The position numbers and the translations under genes are program-made. Source: Balanoglossus misakiensis (Eukaryota > Animalia > Hemichordata). Taken from it: 64,000 nucleotides of DNA. The DNA is taken from NCBI GenBank assembly GCA_040954595.2, contig CM082589.2, forward strand, positions 8,192,232 to 8,256,231, in the 5' to 3' direction. Below the pieces are notes generated by a model that ran no database searches, had not been told where the DNA came from, and worked only from the letters and a program-made list of their open reading frames with translations. Below are positions 12,617 through 25,728 of the stretch, one piece after another (within the stretch, counting starts at the first letter, position 1; each line of letters opens with the position of its first letter).

Positions 12617-13419
12617 ATTAAACATATATCGTGGCATCACCATTGTCACTGCTATTTCATCAAAATAGTAGGACACTCGTATTTTGTCAGGAACATTTTT
12701 TGTGAGAAAATAGAGCAATCTGCTTCTGTTCGTTGGTGCATGGCGCCCTGCTGCACGGGTGCCGGGGATGTCCTGACCCTATGCTGCAAGCTCATCCCCG
12801 ATATTCGACGCTTCCAAGAGGAAGAACGACCCGGATCCTCGGTAGAGCAACTGCCCGGAAAACTACAGGAACGTCTCCGTAACCTAAGCTCAACCTATAA
12901 GTATACATGTATATCAGGTTAAAATAAATCTGAAAACAAAATAGTTTTCCAATATGATGTAACGCGATACATACACGGTAATTGCTCAAAACAGGAACAA
13001 CAGCATTGCGTCACTAATGCAGTTCACATTTACTTTGTACTGATGTACAAGAGATATAACCATTAAATTCCATACAATCGGACAGTGAGAAAAAACGCCT
13101 GCTCACAAATAGGCCAATACTCAAATATAACTTAAAGACAACTACTTATCACTGCTACAGTTCTATTCCCTCTGCACCTATCTATCTTCAAGCTCTATGT
13201 TAGGCAAATTATTGGTCAAGGTAAAACCATTCAGATAGTGATTGATTGTTAATTCTTATTGATGGGGAAATATGCAAAACTGCTGCTTTAAACAACGCAC
13301 TTCATCTCTTGCTGAAAGTTATATAGAGGCAATACACAGTTTATTGGCAGGTGGTAGGAAGGTCTCTGCGCTGATTCAATATTTGGACCAATGGCTGGTA
13401 TAGTAGGCATTTTTGCAAA

Positions 13420-13486
13420 CAAGGGATTTAATTCGGATTCATGTTGCTAAGCAAGTGATTTAATTCGGATTCATGTTGCTAAGCAA
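13420..13486. repeat. Tandem duplication of a 32-bp unit
   Basis: CAAG(G/T)GATTTAATTCGGATTCATGTTGCTAAG twice. Confidence 0.9.
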
Positions 13487-13823
13487 AGAAAAAAGCTATA
13501 GGAGGTATCACTGGAAAACTGCAAAATTATTATGAATGGGACATTTGAATATAATTGAAATGAGGTGATCTCTGGTCGATTCACAAAGTGTGTGTAATAT
13601 AATAATTGTTATTATGATCGGCTCTGTTTGCATTGCGGCTGAATACAAATGTATGTATGATACATATGAACCTCCGCCCCCAATCAACAATGGTCTCTGG
13701 TAACCCTGGCAGCAGTTGCCTTACACAGACCCAAATTTTAGGGCAATGTTAGGTGGTCGAGTCAATGCAGAGATCCCGGTTGATTGGTCAACATGATGAA
13801 TCAATTCTTTAATATGTATCAGT

Positions 13824-14051
13824 TGATCTGGCCATGCGACCCGCGGCATTGTCATTTCCAAGTGACGGGCAAACAATATTTCAGCATCCAGTAAAAGATG
13901 TTTCCGGGTATGTTTATACTTTAGAACCGCCGGACACGTAACATGTATCAGGCATAGTGTCATGATCAGCCTCATGGCGTTTCGTCTACACAGTCTTTGT
14001 CTGCCTGGAAATTTGAATGCCAACGTAAATGCGCCCGAGCGCGTCTGACGC
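13824..14051. repeat. Interspersed repeat, copy 2
   Basis: Colinear with 6321-6564, with a short internal deletion. Confidence 0.85.
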
Positions 14052-14194
14052 CGTGTGATGCGATATCCAAGAATGCATAGATCCATGGTTGGTAGTATGT
14101 TGGCCAAAGCGATCATTGCAGAGAACGATGGTTGATCCTGGTAGTAGGTAAACCAATGTGCTTATTGGATGTAGAGATTCTGGTTAGTAGTAGG

Positions 14195-14693
14195 TGTTAC
14201 GGTAGAAATAACCGGGAGCACCCAATGGAGTTTGTAGATCAACAACAAAATATTTAATTGAACAATTAGCTTTCTGAAGTCAAAAGGTCTGACAGAAAAA
14301 ATGTTCTATGTGTTTTTACCCTGCTTGGTCGAGGAGTTATTATTGAGTCCTCAAGTTTCACCAAGGCACAGAAGTCCGCTGCTAACAAAGTCCGTCATTC
14401 ACAGAAGCCAGTTGCTCACAAAGTCCGTTGCTCACAAAGTCCGTTGCTCACACAGTTCGTTTCCAGACCAGCCAGTTAGATTCCAAATTCCCAAGGCGAT
14501 GCGGAGTGACGTGCTCCTCCCAGGCAGTGTTGAGAAGTGTGCCTCGTGGTTTTTGTGAGAATGTCTTTTATATGGGTGACCATCTGAATAACTAATATTT
14601 TAATGAACTAGTTGAAAAGGCCGGGCCTTTTGTTATGCAAAGACAAAACTACCTCTTTCTCGACCAAGCAACTCAACAGGGTGTGTCGTAACA
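14195..14693 (-). mobile_element. Solo LTR (Ty3/Gypsy-like), 499 bp
   Basis: TGTTACG...CGTAACA termini; 4-bp target-site duplication TAGG (14191-14194 and 14694-14697); minus-strand TATAAAA (14566-14572) and ATTAAA (14253-14258); internal 16-bp tandem repeats AAGTCCGTTGCTCACA (about 14372-14451). Confidence 0.8.
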
Positions 14694-14762
14694 TAGGTAA
14701 GTCCCAGCATGCTGCCACAATGCACAGATCCATGTTGGTGGTAGTTCTTGCATTGCGGTGAG

Positions 14763-15730
14763 TCAATACATGGATCGATGGGTGGTTGTAGGTGGGCTGC
14801 TGTGCTCACTGATTTCTTCCACGGAAGTGTTCCTAGAGTTGATAGCAAAGGGCCATGTCTGTGGGAACAAAAAAATGGTATAGAACATTTGTATAAAAAA
14901 GGCACCCATGTTCTACCATTGCAGATTTAAAAACAATTTGAACATTCAAATTTTGTAAGACCATACTAAATTTCAAGGCAATAAGCACGCGGATTCCAAA
15001 AGACTTTTTGACTAATTCGACAATAATACTAAAACGGCCAGTAATACACAAAGAATTTTTGAAAACAAATCTCTTAGGTCATCCCTAGACATCGGTTAAG
15101 ACACTTGGAAGGTAAAAGTTGAGTGAGGATAACAGCGGACGTAAGCTGACATCTATTTATTTGTGAGCTCCGCATAGCTGACAGTGAGGCTGAAAAGAGA
15201 GTGACTTTCTCCCACAAATGTTCATTCAGGCCAAAAGGAAGACATGCAGCACGCTTAGATGCATTTTGTTGGATTAGGTATTACAAGATTTGGCACTCCT
15301 GTACTTTTGGGGAAATGATTCTATTTTCGGAACCTACCAAATTCAACGGATGGATACTATTTTGCGCGTATTTGTCACACGGGTGAATATCCTCAGCCAG
15401 TAAGTCAGCTAGATGAGAAATATAACTTGATGCTAGTCTTAAAGTGTCCAATTTGGAAAGTTTAGTGTCCGCTGGTACCCATGGCAACGTTGTCTTCAGT
15501 CTTGAGAAAGCTTTACTGAGGACCCTCATCCGAGATCTTTCTCTCGCGTTTGCTGCATGGCGTTGCACATGCTCACTGTCTTCTGCTCGCTTCTTGGACG
15601 AGGTTGGAGTTCTACCCCTACGCTTCTTTTGGATGTTCGGGCGGCTTTTCAACGCCGTAATGTCGGGTTGTTTACACGAACGAGCTGTCTCCGTTTTGAT
15701 GTGTTTGTTTCCTTCACCTCGTTTTCTCAT
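14763..15730 (-). CDS. tcf21: Tcf21/musculin (MyoR/capsulin) family bHLH transcription factor, copy A; exons 15730-15338 and 14858-14763 (162 aa; an upstream exon is possible)
   Basis: [52 protein letters not shown]. The family C-terminal motif HPLNL|TWPF is split by a GT-AG intron at the position known for TCF21/MSC. Confidence 0.9.
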
Positions 15731-18700
15731 TTCTTCTGTTTGCGCTTCAGTGGTCGGTTTGAAGGGGGAAAGAAATAAAACGAAGGTTAGTAGACAAGAA
15801 ACAGCACAGCAACTCTCAGACAGAACCTCTATACTCAACGCACGCATCTCAAAAAAAAAAACAATTAATCATATTGCGCACAACTTGATTGCATGCAATC
15901 CCATCCCCCGTAGAGAGAGGTCTACAACCGAAAATACAATAAATTAAAATAACATGAACATAAATCTGTATATCTAAAATAAAATGCAATGTTTTTAAAT
16001 CCGATTATCTGTCTATAATCGTTGGTATACAGAACTAGTAATATTCATGGCTGTTATAACTACATCACGTCTGCCTCGTTCGTTATATCTAATACATGTA
16101 TATGAACCGTGGTACCAGTTTAATAAGTATAATCCTCCGTCATTTTTTGTCTGCAAAAAATTTATTTAGAAATATGATAACTAAATTGCTCTTCTATCAG
16201 AGTTTTTTTTACTCTTCAACTTCGACAGGCGATTCCACTTCATAATGTTTGATTAGATTTCATTTCAACCACAATTAACAAATATCTGAAATTGAATATG
16301 TACAGATATATGTGTAGAATGTGACCACCTTCACTTCCAACTATCTTGCATAGTGTAAGAACTCCGATTGTGATAATTTCTATTTCCCGTTTATTCTATC
16401 AGTTACAGATACTGATTTAGAAAGTTACCATCAAGCTCACTTCTAATTTCACGAACATAGAATAATAAATTTGCTATATTATCACATACAAAATTCACAA
16501 TCATTAATTAGCCTGGTGTGAACTGGTCTAAATTCGTGTTTTAATTTCGTTTTTAAAATTTGACACAATTTCTGTGAAAATTACGCAGTTCCCAATTACA
16601 AGTTTCACCACGATATATCCATGGTGAGATTTTACAATATCTGCTTTGTTGGAAAATATTCTAGGGGAGTATAAATATTCTGTACGTGTGTCTTCACGTC
16701 CGGGAACTTTTTGGTCTTTGGCATTCGTCAGGAGCGCATATCAAGGCTTTGCTTGCGTAGTCGCCATAACCGAGTAAAGTGTCAACATTACTATACTTGT
16801 CCTTCATTGACATCAATCACACTGAAATTATCACTATCGCTTTAAATTTAAATTTTAGTGTTATTAGTTTGCATAGTTATTGGACAAGTGTTTTCATATT
16901 GTATTTTTTTCTGTTTGTCGTTTCTGATATAAACTGTATGATCATTTTTTTCTTTGTGACTACCAATCACAGACTACAGATTACAAATTTACCCCTCGCT
17001 CTTGTCTCTTTCCATTTCGATTTTCTGTAATTAAAGATGTACACTCTTTGTACATTAGTACAAGTATACGTGAAAATTATTCATTGGTTTTCGAAAGTGT
17101 ACAGACATTGCTAGCTAAGCTGAGAGGTTCCGCATCGTATTTTCTATGTTTTAGCTTTGTAATCCATGATATAAGCTGTATGATCCAGCTACAGAAAAAG
17201 ATTTCCGTCTCTTGATATTTCAGTTTTCAGCTGTACTATCACTTTGCTTTCCTTGGGCATTACTCTAGAAAAAATGTCAGATTTCCCAAGATCTTAGTCA
17301 ATTTGTTAGCCGCCGTTCGTATTAGTGAAATTTTATTGGAAATTAATTTGGGGGTAACCGCTCACGTGGTATATATTGCAAGCAATATTAAAGCTATCTG
17401 ATTTTGTCAATCGTTGATTGCGTTTCATATGAAAACAAATCTGCATTTAATGCTATTGGAATTAAAGAAAACACACAACAACACCGTTTCATGGTTTCTA
17501 ATCAACCAATCACACAGATGTTGCTGGTAGTGGAAATAAGTATCTAACATTTGAACTTATACTGAATAAGGAACCAAGACCCGGTCCTAAGTCTATGTGA
17601 TGTGATGATGCACACAAAGTTAATGATGAAATAATTGAAAATTTTAACTCTGACAAATTTTAAAATATGTCTGATGGAAGAGCAGTCTAAGCGGAAGCAA
17701 TTCAATTGGCAGTCCCGATATCAGTATTTCGACTTCAAAATTCTCATTTAGTTTTTTTTTTCTTGAAGGTACGAATTGGTGTATTGACTGCTTGACTGAA
17801 ATGTGCCACGGATTGACTCAAGAAAACAGGACCCTGAACTTTAAATCTGAAGGCAAATACATTTTTAGAAATATTCCAAGTATTATTGTGGCCACCATAT
17901 TAAGCAGTAGCTTCAAATGCCGTCTTGCACAGATTCCAGACTCTAATTCCAAAATATCCGAATTAACATTTTCTCACAATATCACTTTTTTCAAAGCCTA
18001 TTGACAAGGTAATTCTGTAAATGGCAAACCAGTTTCCCCTCAAAATCTCCAGACATTTAAATAATTCTGGGCGCCCTTAGCCAACGTTGCCTAGAATGTG
18101 ACGAGTGTCTAGCCGTGATATTTTGAGTTCTGATATTTCGACAATGTCTGTCAATTTCACTAATCCGTATTTGGAACCTGCAAGATTTATTTCAGCAAAG
18201 TCTTGCCAAATGGAGACTAATTTTGCACTTTTTCGAGTGTAACAGAATATCCGGAATCTTGAGATAAAACATCCGACCTCCAAACGGTACCATATTTCGG
18301 CAAGCCAACTTGATACACAAATCAGTATTTTGGCCACTGCCCTCTAAGCTTACAACTCCGTGAGTAGTTTTGGTTATATCGTGAAAAGAAGGCCATGGTT
18401 TTCTGACTTGGAGATCCGCGGCTCTTCAAAATCACTCAGGTCCACCCCTGTCTCCCCATAGTATGGACATGTAGCACTGATATGATCTCGGCATGGGATG
18501 TTGGGGGTTCAGCGCTGACTGCAATAGTGTATCGACACATTATGCCGTAAACGTTGAACTCTCGCATTTTGTTTATTCGAACGAAATAGCGTTCATCGGC
18601 ACGTTAATTGAACTGGGTTTTAATGCCACTCTTAACAAAATTTCTGTACTCCAACAAAAATAAATATCCCGTTCATTTGTTGCATTAGAGATATTAGCTT

Positions 18701-21700
18701 GCTCCTGCCAACCTATCATTGCGTATAGACGTAAGACCGTGGTGCCGTTTTATTCGCCACTAGATAGATCAAATTCTCAAGAAAACATTTGCATCTATGT
18801 AATAGCACAAGAACCTGCAACTTTCCCATGAATTCCGCAACGTTACCGACCAATTTTTTACTGCCCATTTACAAATTCCCATTCCGACCACGTGTGCAGT
18901 CTGATCTTACATTCGCAGCATTCACGTGTTTTGTGTTTTCTGGTTTTCATTAAATCCAGATCTCTGTCATTAAGAGGTTGCACTGTCGGCCTGGGATTGG
19001 CTGTGAATTTGGACGGTAGCCGTGGCCTGCAGGCCACATTTGTTGGTGGTCTTCTTGTCCGGTCCTGACACCTAACCCTCGGAAGTAACATTCTTTCCTG
19101 TACTTCCGAGTACATCGTTTATGCCATGTTACGTTTGTATACATGTCTCTCCGCTGAAGCTGTGTTTTGTTGCTCATGCAATTTTAGTTTATATGAAAAA
19201 AAAATGTTCGCAATCGAGCAGTAACCATGGGAATGAATGTCAATGTACAGAAGAAGTGTTAAAAACTACAATTCGAAAGTTTAATTTTAGTTGAATGTTT
19301 TGTTTTGCAGAAATCAGTATTTGCTCAAATGTAGGCTATATCTGTGACGATTGCAACTAAACATCATATTCCTATACAATGCGAGAGTTCTTGACTTTTT
19401 GGGGAAAAAGTTTCTCAGGGGCAAAAGGATGACTGTGGTAAATTACGTTAGGATGTCACATGACACAATTCTCTGAACAAAATAACTGCCGCGGATGTAC
19501 ATGTATCAAATAACTTTGAAATGCATTAATTTGATTTAATTATATTTAATTTAATGTGTTCCTTCAGATTGTATCCTTGAATAGCTAGCGTCAAAGTAAA
19601 TCCTAAGTCAGCCCAATGCTAACACGATTGATCGGTTGATTTGTTGTACTGTATGACGTTTGGCTGAATATTTGACATTTCGCATCATAAATCAATAAAG
19701 AACTATAATAAATGGAACTAGACATTTGAAATGAATGATGACTTACCTTCACAAGAGTAATTCCTCAGAAATATCTGTGTTACGATGATTGACAGCTGAT
19801 GAAATGTCGTCACACAGCAGGATATCAAGCAGAACAAAAACGACGCTCGCCTTTCACAGGAAACACGGCGAAGTGAACCGCAGATACGAGCAGAATACCA
19901 CGTTGTATCCCGATTATGCAGCCAACGTTTGACACCGTTCGGCGAGAACTATAGCTATTTGTAACCGCGATTGAACGTTCGTCAGAGGTACATCCACATA
20001 TGTTTTGCTTGGTATAAATTGCATGACCCATTACATCAAATGCAATGAGACACAAAAATAAACAATCTGCTGTAGTGGCCGAAATGCACCAATAGCAATG
20101 AAGATTTAAGCGGTTAGTATAAAGACCCTCTAAGTGACCAGAAATTTTACGATATATCAATTGTTATCCATGCGATTAATTCCAAAGCTATGTTTCACAT
20201 TAAACACAATGTAGCAACATATTCCTTCATAAAGCTGTTTGTTTTATTTTCATATGGCTATTTCATTTCAGATGGATGGATGTGTTTTAAATTTATGAAG
20301 TCCATTTTTTCATTAATACCATTGAAAAGAAACAACAGCTTACGCAGAAAAAAAATCCTACACTCGGCATTCCTTGGAGAAAATATGGAGGTTTTTAAAA
20401 ATGAAAATAAGATTGACCCGGCAGATATCCAACGCCAATATCAGAATTTAACGACAAACAAATATTATTTTCGATGTATAATATTAACAAGTTATGTTCG
20501 TATTATTTGTTTTAAAGTTAGAAAACAACCAGTATGCTATTCTGCATAATTAGCCAACAAAATTGAATTTAGATTATATATGACAGAAACGCATCTAATT
20601 CTGGGCAACACATAGGGCCAATGGACCGCTGAAAAAAGGGAACAACCTTACATAGAATGAAAATACGTAACGTGTCTTTACAATTCCCCCCCCCCCCCCC
20701 ACAAAAAATCGATTAATGCCACGCTTGTCTTCGTGTAACACGCTAAGTTCAGAAACCGAACTGATCGGATAGGCGAGGGTTTTTAGACATACGGGAAATG
20801 GCAAATTCTTATGTGGCTTATGATATTGTTGATATGAATTGATTTTTCGGGTACGAAAAAATGTTTATGCGTTTGATAATCATGGGTGGGTATCTGCCAA
20901 TGTGTTGGTTGGTGGTTCTGTATCTCTCTGTGCTGTGCCACAGGTGTACGTTGTTTTATTTTGGCCCATAAACTTTGTGGAAACAATTTTCCATTTTATC
21001 ATATGTATTCAAAAGATAATTTGTGCTTTATATAATTATCCATTTTTCGATTGAAGTTTGATCTTGTGCCTATGATGTTTTCTTCATACTGTGTGATTAT
21101 TTCATGAAGTGGACTGGTAGCAAAGGCAGTCAACCATCTGGGGTCCAGAGAAAACACGTCATTCTTCGAGACACGCGACGTATTTCAATATTTGTGTGGT
21201 CTGTTAATTTGATTTGTTCTTTGCACGCAACACAGAATGTGATCGGAACTGATTGGGTTCATACGATACTTTCAGTTGATTCAGGGGGTAGTTGTGAAGA
21301 GGAGGCCAACAGACTGTGTATGGTCACTAGGGAATAAACCATCTTGTGTTGAATGACATCCTTCATTATCCTCTGACCTGAAGTCTTTTGTGAAACTGAC
21401 CCCAGGCAAGGAGAGTGTACAAACACTTTGATAAGAAACGGAAACGTTTCTTCTGCAGTTAGGCGAAATAAATTCGAGATGACAGAAAAATGAAAAGAAA
21501 ATAAGCGAGTGAGGGAGATAGAGGGACAGGCAATCCCAGATTACGGTCAGAAAATCGGAGATCTGACAGGAGAGAAATGATAGACCAACAACAGGTAGTC
21601 AAATACTGACACATTTCTCAAAGGAGGTACACGAAAGTTTTAACGAAGCGCCGACTCGGAGAAGGGTTGGTTTTAGAAATTGGTTTAGTCCGAAGCATAG

Positions 21701-22058
21701 TAGTCGACGCATCACGCAAACATGATTTCTTCGATTTTACTTTTGATGAACAGCCGTCCACATAATATGGAAAGTATATCCTATTTATCCAGACCAAACG
21801 GAAAACCCTGTGACGTGAAATGTAAACATACGAGGTAATGCGGGTGAAGTTCCGGCAACTCAAGGTGACGACGTAAACAAGACAAGTGGTTTTGACTGGA
21901 GCTCTTGTTGAACAACTCCCGTGGGTGCTGGGGTTAGCCTACTAATGTCCCGCCGATCTGAGCGAGGATGTGCCGTCACATTTTGTTTATGTTATCAAAA
22001 TTACGCGAAGTGCGAGTTTCAGTTTTACGCATGTTATTAGCAATGACATGTCCGGCTG

Positions 22059-22154
22059 TAGCCTGGTCTCCATACCCAGTGTGTTTAGATAGACTCTCAC
22101 ACTCTCTGCGTGTGAGAGTCTATCTAAAACACACTGGGTATGGAGACTAGGCTA
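22059..22154. mobile_element. 96-bp palindromic non-autonomous DNA transposon with 9-bp TSD (AcademH-like ends)
   Basis: TAGCCTGGTCTCCATACCCAGTGTG...CACACTGGGTATGGAGACTAGGCTA near-perfect hairpin, flanked by the direct repeat GTCCGGCTG (22050-22058 and 22155-22163). Confidence 0.85.
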
Positions 22155-23073
22155 GTCCGGCTGGAGCGACTAAGTTGCTTCAAATCGGCTAAGCAGTCTG
22201 TTTGTAGTGGATGATATCCAAACGACTCAGAATAACTATGCAACTCTTTGTACGACAACTTGAACTAAATGTTTGACAAATGCCGACTTCGAAAAAAATG
22301 AGCGTAGGCCAAGGGCGACTATTAAATGCTGTTTACGCACGTCACTCAATAGACTCCAACTCTCATGAGAACTCCCCGGAAGCCGAAATAGTAGAGTTCT
22401 CTTGTTGAGTGATCGTCGAATAAACGTGCCCAACACTTTTAAATAAACTCTCTTAAAAGCTGGTCGAAGTTTCACTGAAAGTAAGAAAATGGGTTCAAGA
22501 TAAATGCAGGATTTTAAGCAAATGATAAAACAGGGAGAGAAGACACACCTCGACAAATTTTCGCAAAATCTTTCGTTTCCAATCTCTTATGGAATAGATG
22601 AGATATTACAACGTACACGTATTAACAGTTCGCATTAGACCAAAGTGATTTCTTTACTTAGGCTTAACCATTTATATAATTAAAGGGGTGCTGTTAAAGT
22701 CCATTTAACTAATTTTTCCCCTTTGTTTTGTTACATTGGTAACTTCCCAAATCGATATCCAAGGACTGTGCACCCAACGTATACCATCATTGTTGGTATT
22801 CGAACCCCGCTGTTAGTTGATATGTTGAACAAATCATGCTCCAAAATAAATAAATAACTGACTCGGGGTAGCGGTGAAATAAGTTTGTTTAATACACATT
22901 TTTATCAAAATAATTAAAACTACGTTATAACTTACATTTTAAAAATTAATCGTATAAATTCAGATTGTGAGGACCCCTTTTTCAACTGAATGATTTTAAG
23001 AAGCATTTTGTCATGGATACAAACAGATGTTGTGTGAGCCATATCTTAGTCGTCTTTAGAGTCTTGTAAATTA

Positions 23074-24117
23074 CTAGCAATTTTGCATAAAGGGCATCAC
23101 CCATGTTCTCTGTTTATCGACAATAAGAAAAGGGATAACACAGAAATCAGAGTCGCAACAGAATTTATCGTAAAGTATGCTCAGAAATATTAAAAGAACA
23201 GAAAAGAATTATGGTATTGTTCTATTTGATCAGTTACCAGATATTTGGATTAACCTCTGAATGAAAGTTCATGTTCTGTATTATCGTTTACATGTTGTAC
23301 ATGCAGTCGGGCAGTACTTAAAGGGACAAAGTCTCTCTCTAGCTGCTGCCTTTTTTGTACACACAAGAGTGAAAACTCGCCAAAATGAATAATCGGTGTT
23401 TACCATTTATTCATTTTGGCGAGATTTTTACTCTCATAAAAAAAATCCTACAAACGGGATGGAAGTTGTGTGTCGTTGAATGTGGATTCTCTATATATCC
23501 ACATGTAGAATAACATAAACGGTGTCTTGTATCAAACATAATTAATGGAAAAAGGGCAGCGAGAGATAGACGTTGTCCCTTTAATTGCGATCGATTGTAG
23601 ACAATGCACAGAAAATTTTCATCAGAATCTTTCTACAGTCACGCGGTTCTTGCTGGTCAGTCATTGAAGGGCTTAGTGGTGCCGGTCACTAGAAGTTCAG
23701 CTGCTCTCCCTTTCATAACAGTGAATGTCTACTTACCATGGCAACTGAAGTTTTAACATCTGCTGCCATGGTATCATCCTGTAACATCTGCTCCAAATGG
23801 AGAATGTAATTCATCGCCAGGCGGAGAGTGTCTAACTTTGACAATTTTGTGTCCGCTGGTACCCACGGCAACGTTGTCTTCAGTTGAAGAAACCCTTTAC
23901 TCAAGATTCTCATCCGGGTCCTCTCTCTGCAATTGGCTGCTTTCCGCTGAATCTTTTTAAGGTCGCTTGATTGTTCAACAATTTTTGACTGGTGTCCCGT
24001 TGTCTTGACATTGTTTGTCCTGGGTTCTTTCCAGTCTCGTGATGTCGTAGAAAACCTATTCTTTTTCTTCCGTGTTTTGCCTGTGTCCTGCGCGGTAGGA
24101 TGCGAAATAGGTGCCAT
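23074..24117 (-). CDS. Tcf21/musculin family bHLH transcription factor, divergent copy B; exons 24117-23737 and probably 23109-23074
   Basis: [52 protein letters not shown]; donor ATG|GTAAGT at 23737. The second exon [11 protein letters not shown] resembles the TWPF motif but is less certain. A strong acceptor lies just before the ATG. Confidence 0.85.
23322..23580. mobile_element. Kolobok-like MITE in the intron of bHLH copy B
   Basis: TTAA|AGGGACAAAGTCT ... AGACGTTGTCCCT|TTAA, plus an internal hairpin CTCGCCAAAATGAATAA / TTATTCATTTTGGCGAG (about 23367-23435). Confidence 0.8.
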
Positions 24118-25647
24118 TTCTGAGATGAAAAAGAAAGAGAAATAATTTTAATTTCATACTCCTACTATTTAGTCATCGAATATCAAACGTAGAGAACACA
24201 TACACGGTGATTGAAATGAATTCAATGTGATTTCTGATTATCATGCAGCGATAACAATAAATTTCACATTCATAACATGTATATGTCTTTCAAAGTGCTG
24301 TGGACCTTATTTATGTTTATGGAAATTAAATCATGACATTCGTCGGCATGACACCCATACAAGCCAAATTAGACAACCACTAGAACATGTGAGTGTGATG
24401 AAAAGCAACCGACTCATTAACTATCTTCAACCAAATGTATTTTCCAATTATTTGTACTTGCTCTTGGACGAAATGTATAGAATCTTATTGATAAACTGCA
24501 AATTCGCGCAGATGCAGTTCCGACGACGGTCGCTATTTGACATGTCATGCTTTTACATGCAAGGCAGCGTTCACAAACACCGGTGAGAGAATTTGGGAAA
24601 AATAATCTTATTTTCCAGAACTTCCCCCAATGCGGTTGTAATTCATTTGTTAGTTAGCAGACTATACTCGGACAAAAACGTTGAATGTGGATTAAAATTA
24701 ATCGTAAGTAAATCCCAGCATTCAAAGTTATCATACTGTCAGCAATAACCAATGGGTTCTAATTATCATAATATAATATTGTCGTGTTCTACTTTGAGCA
24801 GTTTTCATGATAGCTGCAGCCCAGACGTCTGTCACCTTTCAGAGATGTGTCCTTTACAGTAGTTAGCCTTTCATTGTTTCAACATAAAGGGCCACATGTC
24901 TATGGATTAAATCAAGGGTCGTGCAGCGTATGTGCGTGCGCAATGCATCGTGCAGTAAATGTACAGTTGCGCGTGTTGACACTTATCCGAACACTGGAAA
25001 AGAGACAATTTTAAAATACTAAAGTAACTGCAGATTTGTTACGTGTTTTTTAATAATGATGAATAAATTAAAATGAGTGTTAAAGATTCCTTGTTCTTCT
25101 GCAAATACGGTTGGAACTTGTGACAACACAACTTACGTGGTTATATCTCACACTGTTATTATTGACAATGGATTCCAGTTTCGACATCAATTCAATTCTG
25201 AACGATTGTAATATTTGTTACGCATATGTATACACTATATTGCAAAAGGGTGGAAAATAAAAACTGGAACCTTGAATAAAAACAAACAGAAGTTCGATTT
25301 ATTTAACTGTCTGTAAGAAATAGTGGCTACTACAGCAGTCTGACCTGTCTATACGTTTAGTAAGAGTGGGTATTGGATGGCCTGACCCGGTTACTTTTAC
25401 TTGATTACTATAGGGTGTACGTTGATACGCCTTGTCTTCACGTTTTCATAGTATTTTGCTCGAGAATAAACAGGCGTCTTTTCATGTTGATCCAGACGTC
25501 CGATATGTGAACTCGGTTTCCCCTCATGGTAGTTAGAAAAATAAACGCCGAATGAATTTCTCCTCAAGTGACATTTGTTTACTAAATTACACGTCAGTTA
25601 CACCCCTTCCGCCAGTAAAAATCCCGCGCTTTCGTTCGCTCAACAAG

Positions 25648-25650
<3 letters not shown>

Positions 25651-25727
<77 letters not shown>
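25651..25727. repeat. (TC)n microsatellite
   Basis: Perfect dinucleotide run. Confidence 0.95.

Positions 25728-25728
<1 letters not shown>

Noticed and set aside
14372-14451. Short repeated units resembling a CRISPR array
   Set aside because: Contiguous 16-bp tandem repeats without spacers, inside an LTR in a eukaryotic genome.
15731-15847. N-terminal extension of the 188-aa bHLH ORF
   Set aside because: Runs through a polypyrimidine tract and acceptor region. The ORF tail after HPLNL (15281-15337) is also intronic.
15444-15947. 167-aa + strand ORF and similar antisense ORFs over TMEM200, the glycosyltransferase and the NLR
   Set aside because: Shadow ORFs opposite real genes, with no motifs.
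17690-18345. Further decayed MITE-like sequence
   Set aside because: Only single end-like motifs are visible; I could not define paired termini or a second copy.
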